Positions 6,804 through 13,700 of a stretch of DNA of 13,700 nucleotides are shown here, piece after piece (the stretch's first letter is position 1; each line of letters starts with the position of its first letter). Location: contig JBMYPC010000084.1 in NCBI GenBank assembly GCA_049599895.1, positions 1 through 13,700 of the forward strand, written 5' to 3'. The notes below the pieces were generated by a model. It was not told the DNA's origin and did not search any database. It worked only from the letters and a program-made list of their open reading frames with translations. The translations under genes were made by a program, and so were the position numbers. The DNA is from Bacteriovoracaceae bacterium. GTDB taxonomy: Bacteria > Bdellovibrionota > Bacteriovoracia > Bacteriovoracales > Bacteriovoracaceae.

Positions 6804-9800
6804 ATGAAACGATTTTTTGAATCTCTATTCTTTTCCTCTATCTTGTTTTTGCTTCAAGCAACAGCTTATCCCCAAACGCAAAACTCTCAAGTTCATTTAA
6901 GTGAAAGACTTCAACTACTTCCAAGTTTTCTTGCTTCAGGAAGTATGAGCCGAGACGATCTTACCGCTCACCTTAATGGTCTAAAAGAAAATAAAAACCT
7001 TTTAACTGATCAAAAGTCTCTCTCGGCGCTGGATGCTCTTACCAATCTTTCCAACAAAGCAAAGAATCTTGAAGAATGTCTCGATCGTTATCAAAAACAA
7101 GATCCTAAGTTTTACAAAAAAGATCACATAATCTCTCAGTTTCTTGCTGGTTACGCAGATGATATCGTCGACTGCTTTCAAACAAGCGATCCCCTCGCAG
7201 GGATTCAAGATCTTGAAAGAGATATTAATGTCGTGGCCTTTCGCTTAAAACAGCCACCAGAAATGTCAAAAGATGAACTGCAAAAGCTTTCAGAAGAACT
7301 CTATGAAAGGCAAAAGAAAAAGCTTTTCTATACCAACTTCACAATGCTTGGAGACCTTGGAAAAGAATTCAAGCCAAGAGACATTGACTGGCTTAAAGAA
7401 AATTTCTTTGGAAAAGACTCTAAACATGATGCTCGAAAGGATCAGAGCTTTCTTCAAATCGCTTCTGAGTTTGCTGAGAACTATGAGGCAACTCTGAAAC
7501 GCTTAGGAGAAACAGATTCTGAATCTCATCGAAAGAAACAAAGAAAAAAACATTTTGCTCAAACAAGGCAGCAATTCAAAGATTATAGAGCGAGCAGACT
7601 TACTCTCAATGAACAAAATTATAAACTAAGAAATCGAATTCGATTTCTCGAGGTATTGCCAGAACTTCCCAATTTTGATTTTCCAAAACCTCCTATTTCA
7701 ACGATTATTGGTAAGCCTATCCATGCGAGAAAACCTGTTTTTAGAATCGTCCCTAAGGACATAGATCAAGGAAAAGTCCTATATGATTATCTCGCAAAAG
7801 GTAAAGAACCAGATGGTTGGACTCTTCTTGCTTCTGAAAAGCCAAAAACGTTAGGCGAAATGGCGGCAAGACTCTCAGCTGCAAAGTCTTCACTTAACTC
7901 TGCCTTTCAAGATGAAACACCTGGAGAAAACTCTGATCGACTCGATCTCATTGGTTTTACAGTTGATGACCTCTTTGAACAAGCGATTGTCAGTCAGATG
8001 AAAGTCAATAAAACAAGACGAGACCTTCTTTCAAATCCAGTTGCTCTAGGTTCGCTGGGATCACGCTATACAGTGAAGAAGAATCAAACAAATTCCATTG
8101 GAGAGAGTTTTGGAAATCTTTTTGGTATTTATACAGCGAGTGAAGGTGATGCCATTGTGGACAACGATGAACAAAAACTTATCGCTCTTCCCAGACAAAC
8201 AGATCAAGACTTTGATCGCTATTTAGGAGTCTATCAAGAATCAGTTCAAAAACTTGTTGAGGAAATGGAGAAATGGAAAGAAAAAGAAAAGCATATTAAC
8301 ACTCTAGACCCTAAAGGAAAGAAACATCACGAAGATTTTATAAAAAATATGCTTTATGCAAACCCTGAACTAGCCGGGGAATACTTAGCCGACAATCCAC
8401 ACATGGCCCCTTATCTTTGTGACATTGCAGTGAAAGCTCACCAGGAAAAAGATAAGGATAAAGAAAACTCACTCTTTTGGAAGAAAGTTGCAACCTGGGG
8501 AACTATTGCCGCAGGAGCTTTATTGTTAGCGGCCACTCTTGCAACCGGGGGATTAGCTCTATTGGGAATGGGAGCAATTGGTAGTTATAGCCTTGCAACT
8601 ATTGGAGTAGGACTGACTGCCGGTAGTTTTGCACTTGGAGCAGTCTCTGGGACGATAGCCTTGCGAGAAGGTTTTAACTTTAGTGAAGAAGCCGATCTTT
8701 TGGAAGCAAGATTGGTTGCTTATGGAGTTGGAGATCCAAAAGAAATTGCAGATCTCGTCAAACAAGCAAGGCAGTCTTATTGGACTGCTGCCGCCGACCT
8801 TTTACTTGCTCCAATTGATGGCGTTCAATTTTTTAAAAGCTTTAAACAGATCCGATCGATGAAGAAGCTTAAAGAGATGGCCAATGCAAGTCCTGATGAT
8901 ATCGCAAAGATTTTATCAAAAGAAAAGGCTTTGCAGACAAACACAGGGGAAAAAACTAAGAGAAACCCTCAAGTTGTTCAAAGCTCACAAGGCCCATTAA
9001 ATGGCCCATCCGGATCGACTTATAAGGCCAAGCCAATGATGGAAGTGACTGACGGAGGGACTCCTGTTCGTCAGTATGATGCTGAAAATGTCCATTATCT
9101 TAAAGAAAACCAAAAAGACATGTGGAAAGCTTATGTCGACAAAGAGGGACGCTTCACAAGAGCAAGTGGAAAACCTTTTCAATGTGATAACTGCATCTAT
9201 GTCATGGATACTAATGGAGAGCTCTATGTCTTTAAAGATGGTGGAAAATTTAATGGCATGGCCCATTCATCCTTTCTCAGCGGAGATCCTGTTGCAGGGG
9301 CAGGACATATGACAATTGATGAAAATGGCTTTTTGAAAATGATTAATAATAATTCAGGTCATTATAAGCCAGAAAAGATTTATCTTGATCAAGTCGAATC
9401 AGAACTCAAAAAAAGAGGCGCTAATTTAGATTCAACAGATATCGTTGTCACCTTTGATGAGTCCGTGACATCAGCGAGAAATTACGAACATCCCGATGAC
9501 GTTTTAGTACTTTCACAAAAAGTAAGACTTTCAAACAATGTTGATTTAAGTGCTTTTGCCCCCGAAACAAGACAACTTTTTAGAGAAGATGGTGTCTTAG
9601 ACTTTCAAAACCATCAAGCGCTCCTCTTTTATGAAGAAGGAATTCCAAGAGGAAACTTCACAGATGCTGCCCAATCCTATGGTATCAAGGTTGCGGGTCA
9701 AAAACCAATTATTAAAGCTCTTACCAGTCGTGAGAATTACCTTAAAAACAAAGCCGATACATTACTTCAAAAGTTTAAAGAGCCAAATCTCTCCCCTTCT

Positions 9801-12200
9801 GAAAAACTGAACATTCAAGAAGAGTTAAAAGATATCGCAACTGAGCAACAGTTTTACTCAGAAGCATTAGAATACTCTTCTCCAGAAAGGGCCTTTAAAA
9901 GTGGAAAGATCGGAATCATTGAATTTTGGGATAACAAAGTTGGAATACCTTTAACTAAAGTTCCAGAAGTCCAAGTTAAACAAGCAGATACTCTCACCAT
10001 TTTACGTTCCGATGATGCAAACTCAAGCTTCGAAGGTTTCTCCCTATCATTAAGAAGAGAGAGCAATACACCTTTTATTAAATTTACAGAAGCCCAAAAG
10101 AACTCATTTCAAGACATTCATAAAAAATATCAACAAGCAGGGCTGAACTCACAAGATGATGTTCTCAAACTCAAAAACGATTTAAGTTCCGCTGGATTTA
10201 GACAAGATCAAGTTGATTTCGCTGTTCACGGTGGTTATTTTGGAGAACTTCCAAAAAAGACACCCCCTCTTGACTTAATCACAGGGTCCACTCCAAAACT
10301 CAAGTCACAATTAGAAGAACTTGATGAGATTAAATATACAGAAAAAAATCCAAAAGATATGGACCCAAAAGAACGAGAAGACTTTAAAATAGTCGAAAAG
10401 GTAAAGACTAACAAAGCCGGAACGATTGCCAAAGCAAAGGACAGTCTTTCCCATCTTCCTGATGGCGATTACCTCTTTGTCATTGATCAATCTGGAAATC
10501 TCGCCTATTCCAATCGCTACATCAACCCACCAGAAGTCGAACTTGTTAAGCACCCTGCTCTTGTCAACTCTCTCAAAGAGATAAACCCTGATCCAAAAGT
10601 TATTGCAGCAGGGGAATTTCAGATTAAAGATGGAAAAGTTTATTTTATTAACAATAAGTCTGGTCACTACATGGGTGGAGCAGAGAGCTTTCAATTTGCA
10701 ATAAACAGACTTGAAGCTAGTGGGTTACCGAAAAGCCCTAATCGTATTGAAATGGACCTTTCCAAACTTGATCCAGAAGTAAGAAAAGAAATGAGTAATC
10801 ATACACTTGAAGGACGTGCAACACTTCTTTTTCGCGAAGTTGCGCAAGCTCCAGCAACTGTACAGAATCAAATTGAAGAAAGTGCACTTGCATACAACTC
10901 AGTACTTAATCGACTGTCAAAAATGTATCCCAATGTTGAAAAGCCCGTTGAGCAGATCTATAAGTTTTTCGATGATGCTTTCGAAGCGGATGAAGACCTT
11001 TCATTTGCGGCAATGACATTTTTTAACACACTTGGTTCAGAAGGCATGAACCCTCAAATTATGGCAGCAAAATCGTACGCTGACTTACTCGATACAAGAA
11101 TTGATATTCAAAACGGAGCAATTCGCCAAAGTGAAATTGACCACAAACTCAATGTCGACCGATCAAGAGCAGAAAATCAAGTCGAATCGATTAATGAAAG
11201 CATCGATCCCTTAACAACTCTGGTAGGAAAAGTTGAGGCCACTAAACTTAATAAGACCTTAGAAGACGCTGGAATAACATCAAAAATTATAGAAACAGAT
11301 AAGGGCTTTGTCCTCGAAGTTGACCCTAAAACAATTCCTTCTTTAAATGATTTTCTAAAATCCCAAGGCCATGACTCCCATCAATTTAAAGTTTTCTATG
11401 ACCCCCAATATTACTCAGAAAACCGTGATGTTCTAGGTTCTTTAAAACCAAATGGCGATATCTATTTAAACTATTCAGTACTTGATAAACTTGCAAGAGG
11501 CGAGACACCAATGACTCCTTTTCACGAGCTTCGCCACCTTTCAAGAAGCCTTAATCGAAACCTTGGAAAAACTGACGATATGGATGTTCATTATGAGAGC
11601 CTTCTAAAAAAAGAAACACGAAATCCCTACGAGAATATTGTTGACGGAGAAGAGCTTGCAACCTTTACTCAAGACATCAGTCGTTTCCCATTTGAAATCA
11701 ATGACTCTAGATCAATTCAAGCGATGGCCTTCCGTATAGAAACAATTGGGAACACGATTAAAGACTTCTCTTCTGATAGTATCTCTCATTTGCGAAAGCT
11801 CAATTCAGAAATTAAAGAGACAACAGACATTGGGAAGTTTCTCGATAAGAACTTGAAATTTAACTTGAAGCAAAAAGACCCTCCTCACCTTCTCTCTTTC
11901 GAAACAAATAACTCTAAGATTAATATCTTTTTAAGCCAAAAAGAATTTCAAAAATTAAAAAGTTTAGAAGACATTGAGTTTTTGGGTAATCAAAAAGAGG
12001 GTATTAAAGAGTTAAGAAGCTTTATAAGTAGTATCCTTAACAAGCAAATTAGCCTCAATACAAAAAGTGTTCAAGCGTCGCAAAGAGCCCAGGATATTAC
12101 CTATGTTGCCTCTCAATATAGTGATAAGCCCAACCCTGAGCAAGCGAGCAACCTTCGAAAAATTATCAAAGAACTCCAAGAATTAATTGGGGGGCATTAA
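6804..12200 (+). CDS. Large secreted multidomain protein, putative polymorphic toxin/effector (signal peptide, hydrophobic segment, two H...NxSGHY domains, HExxH module)
   Basis: Uninterrupted 1798-codon ORF. Signal peptide-like N-terminus MKRFFESLFFSSILFLLQATAYP; uncharged Gly/Ala-rich stretch at aa ~562-620; repeated motif set at aa ~760-875 and ~1176-1308; FHELRH at aa 1573-1578. The coding call is firm, the functional call is inference. Confidence 0.7.
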   Translation: MKRFFESLFFSSILFLLQATAYPQTQNSQVHLSERLQLLPSFLASGSMSRDDLTAHLNGLKENKNLLTDQKSLSALDALTNLSNKAKNLEECLDRYQKQDPKFYKKDHIISQFLAGYADDIVDCFQTSDPLAGIQDLERDINVVAFRLKQPPEMSKDELQKLSEELYERQKKKLFYTNFTMLGDLGKEFKPRDIDWLKENFFGKDSKHDARKDQSFLQIASEFAENYEATLKRLGETDSESHRKKQRKKHFAQTRQQFKDYRASRLTLNEQNYKLRNRIRFLEVLPELPNFDFPKPPISTIIGKPIHARKPVFRIVPKDIDQGKVLYDYLAKGKEPDGWTLLASEKPKTLGEMAARLSAAKSSLNSAFQDETPGENSDRLDLIGFTVDDLFEQAIVSQMKVNKTRRDLLSNPVALGSLGSRYTVKKNQTNSIGESFGNLFGIYTASEGDAIVDNDEQKLIALPRQTDQDFDRYLGVYQESVQKLVEEMEKWKEKEKHINTLDPKGKKHHEDFIKNMLYANPELAGEYLADNPHMAPYLCDIAVKAHQEKDKDKENSLFWKKVATWGTIAAGALLLAATLATGGLALLGMGAIGSYSLATIGVGLTAGSFALGAVSGTIALREGFNFSEEADLLEARLVAYGVGDPKEIADLVKQARQSYWTAAADLLLAPIDGVQFFKSFKQIRSMKKLKEMANASPDDIAKILSKEKALQTNTGEKTKRNPQVVQSSQGPLNGPSGSTYKAKPMMEVTDGGTPVRQYDAENVHYLKENQKDMWKAYVDKEGRFTRASGKPFQCDNCIYVMDTNGELYVFKDGGKFNGMAHSSFLSGDPVAGAGHMTIDENGFLKMINNNSGHYKPEKIYLDQVESELKKRGANLDSTDIVVTFDESVTSARNYEHPDDVLVLSQKVRLSNNVDLSAFAPETRQLFREDGVLDFQNHQALLFYEEGIPRGNFTDAAQSYGIKVAGQKPIIKALTSRENYLKNKADTLLQKFKEPNLSPSEKLNIQEELKDIATEQQFYSEALEYSSPERAFKSGKIGIIEFWDNKVGIPLTKVPEVQVKQADTLTILRSDDANSSFEGFSLSLRRESNTPFIKFTEAQKNSFQDIHKKYQQAGLNSQDDVLKLKNDLSSAGFRQDQVDFAVHGGYFGELPKKTPPLDLITGSTPKLKSQLEELDEIKYTEKNPKDMDPKEREDFKIVEKVKTNKAGTIAKAKDSLSHLPDGDYLFVIDQSGNLAYSNRYINPPEVELVKHPALVNSLKEINPDPKVIAAGEFQIKDGKVYFINNKSGHYMGGAESFQFAINRLEASGLPKSPNRIEMDLSKLDPEVRKEMSNHTLEGRATLLFREVAQAPATVQNQIEESALAYNSVLNRLSKMYPNVEKPVEQIYKFFDDAFEADEDLSFAAMTFFNTLGSEGMNPQIMAAKSYADLLDTRIDIQNGAIRQSEIDHKLNVDRSRAENQVESINESIDPLTTLVGKVEATKLNKTLEDAGITSKIIETDKGFVLEVDPKTIPSLNDFLKSQGHDSHQFKVFYDPQYYSENRDVLGSLKPNGDIYLNYSVLDKLARGETPMTPFHELRHLSRSLNRNLGKTDDMDVHYESLLKKETRNPYENIVDGEELATFTQDISRFPFEINDSRSIQAMAFRIETIGNTIKDFSSDSISHLRKLNSEIKETTDIGKFLDKNLKFNLKQKDPPHLLSFETNNSKINIFLSQKEFQKLKSLEDIEFLGNQKEGIKELRSFISSILNKQISLNTKSVQASQRAQDITYVASQYSDKPNPEQASNLRKIIKELQELIGGH

Positions 12201-13510
12201 ATCTGCCCTAAAAGAATTCCCTCTCGAGAAGAGATTAACTCAACTTCGTGAATCTGATTATGAAGCTCTAGGTCTGTTTCAACCTGAACCTTAAGGTAAT
12301 TCGTCGTATAGCCTTCAAAAAGACCTTTTTTATTTCTCTTTTCAAAAAGAACTTGATTGAAATTCCCAACTTGATCTTTTGCAAAATCAGATAATTTCTT
12401 AGCACCAAGTTCATTCAATGCCTTCACACGTTCTTTTTTAAGTCCATGTTGAATCTGATCTTCAAGTCTTGCCGCAGTGGTATTTTTTCTTTTTGAAAAA
12501 GGAAATACATGAAAATGAGTTAAAGGCGATGAACTCAAGAAGTCATAAGTCTCTTGGAACTGCTTCTCAGTCTCACCAGGATAGCCAACAATAACATCCG
12601 CTCCGATCCCACAATTGGGAAACTTAGAAGTCACCATCGAAATGATGTCTTGATATTGCTCAATTCGATACTTTCTTCGCATGGAAGTTAAAATTTCATT
12701 GGAAGCACTCTGAAGTGGGATATGGAAATGGTCCATGGTTTTTGGACTGTCTTTTAAGACTTTTAAAAGCTCAGGCGTAATCGTATTAGGTTCAACACTT
12801 GAAAGCCTTAATCTCTCAAGTCCCTCAAGATCGAGAACTCGCTTTACTAGCTCTTCGAGCTTTTGCCCTGATGTTGAAGCATATTCTCCAATATTCACAC
12901 CGGTGAGAACGATTTCTTTATAACCCTGAGAAAGAATTTCTTTAGCCGTATTGACCGCTTCACTGATTTCGATTGTCCGGCTTCGCCCTCTGGCCTGAGG
13001 AATAATGCAAAATGAGCAGACATAGTTGCAGCCATCTTGAATCTTTAAGAAGGCCCTAGTCCTTGAATCCGCCGAAGTCGTCGCTGCCCCCCAAAACTCA
13101 TTGGTTTTATCCACATGAACTTGCTCAGCATCGGCTTCTTCGATGAAGTCAAAAACCTTGTACTTTTCACTAGTTCCTAGCACAAGATCAATACCCTGCA
13201 TCTTAGAAATTTCTTCTGGGCTCATTTGAGCATAGCAGCCAGCAACAACAATTTTCCCCTCAGGAGAAGCCTTGAAGGCCTTTCTAATACTATTTCTACA
13301 GGTGGAGTCAGCTCCATCGGTAACCGTACAGGTATTGATAAAAGTGACGTCTGTGGACTCTCCAAAAGGAACAACCTTGTAACCTCGCTCTACAAAGCCC
13401 TGGGCGATACTTCCCGACTCACTAAAGTTGAGCCTACAGCCCAATGTGTGAAAACTCACGGTTTTTTGGTCAGCAGATTGTGGATAAGCCTCATTACTAT
13501 CATTTTCCAT
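12197..13510 (-). CDS. mtaB: tRNA N6-threonylcarbamoyladenosine(37)-C2-methylthiotransferase (radical SAM)
   Basis: UPF0004 domain cysteines TLGCRLN, INTCTVT and AGCYAQ; radical SAM motif RTRAFLKIQDGCNYVCSFCIIP; HFHIPLQS, HVFPFSKR and GYTTNY, which are typical of MtaB rather than MiaB or RimO. Confidence 0.93.
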   Translation of the reverse strand: MENDSNEAYPQSADQKTVSFHTLGCRLNFSESGSIAQGFVERGYKVVPFGESTDVTFINTCTVTDGADSTCRNSIRKAFKASPEGKIVVAGCYAQMSPEEISKMQGIDLVLGTSEKYKVFDFIEEADAEQVHVDKTNEFWGAATTSADSRTRAFLKIQDGCNYVCSFCIIPQARGRSRTIEISEAVNTAKEILSQGYKEIVLTGVNIGEYASTSGQKLEELVKRVLDLEGLERLRLSSVEPNTITPELLKVLKDSPKTMDHFHIPLQSASNEILTSMRRKYRIEQYQDIISMVTSKFPNCGIGADVIVGYPGETEKQFQETYDFLSSSPLTHFHVFPFSKRKNTTAARLEDQIQHGLKKERVKALNELGAKKLSDFAKDQVGNFNQVLFEKRNKKGLFEGYTTNYLKVQVETDLELHNQIHEVELISSREGILLGQI

Positions 13511-13577
13511 AGTCTGAAGTACCTACCACAAATTTATAAAAAAAGACCAATTACCCCCAAAAAATACTCGGAGTTAA

Positions 13578-13606
13578 TTGACATTTTTGTCAAAACACCT
13601 TAATTT
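13578..13606 (+). promoter_or_regulatory. Sigma70-type promoter for tRNA-Lys
   Basis: Perfect TTGACA (13578-13583), 17-nt spacer, TAATTT (13601-13606), 26 nt before the mature tRNA 5' end. Confidence 0.7.
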
Positions 13607-13632
13607 CGTCCTTACGTTTTAAACAGTTCCGT

Positions 13633-13700
13633 GGTCTCGTAGCTCAGTTGGTTAGAGCATCTCCCTTTTAAGGAGAGGGTCCTGTGTTCGAGTCACAGCG
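13633..13700 (+). tRNA. tRNA-Lys(UUU), 3' end cut by the window edge
   Basis: Cloverleaf: acceptor 5' GGTCTCG, TA, D arm GCTC-AGTTGGTTA-GAGC, anticodon arm TCTCC-CTTTTAA-GGAGA (anticodon TTT at 13667-13669), variable loop GGGTC, T arm CTGTG-TTCGAGT-CACAG, then CG starting the 3' acceptor strand. Confidence 0.97.

Noticed and set aside
506..13603. Short alternative-frame and antisense ORFs in the ORF track (e.g. 506-847, 3043-3360, 4591-4860, 8997-9266, 10311-10694, 13226-13603)
   Set aside because: They overlap well-supported genes and show no recognisable motifs, so they are most likely shadow ORFs. The antisense ORFs over the toxin-like domains (8997-9266, 10311-10694) were considered as hidden immunity genes but have no supporting evidence.
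6804..13700. Genomic island or prophage integrated at tRNA-Lys carrying the large gene
   Set aside because: No integrase, transposase or att-like duplicate of the tRNA 3' end was seen. The gene lies on the 5' side of the tRNA and is separated from it by mtaB.

Overview
AT-rich bacterial chromosomal window, mostly housekeeping genes. It holds a minus-strand arginine/ornithine biosynthesis cluster (argD-argC-argJ-argB, with argB cut by the window edge) and a divergent plus-strand run of dCMP deaminase (probably leaderless), a short SerA-like D-2-hydroxyacid dehydrogenase and purA. At the right end, mtaB is divergent from a tRNA-Lys(UUU) gene, its canonical substrate. The stand-out is a 1798-aa orphan gene (6804-12200) between purA and mtaB. 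It encodes a signal peptide, a helical N-terminal region, a ~60-aa Gly/Ala-rich hydrophobic segment, two diverged copies of a two-histidine 'H...AG...NxSGHY' domain (resembling, from recall, Ntox43 toxin domains and the core of plant IQM proteins) and a C-terminal HExxH...EE metallopeptidase-like module. It has no adjacent immunity gene and is preceded by a sigma28-like promoter. This looks like a secreted multi-warhead effector, possibly of a predatory Bdellovibrionota bacterium. The taxon is an unverified inference, and all family assignments come from motif recognition, not database searches.
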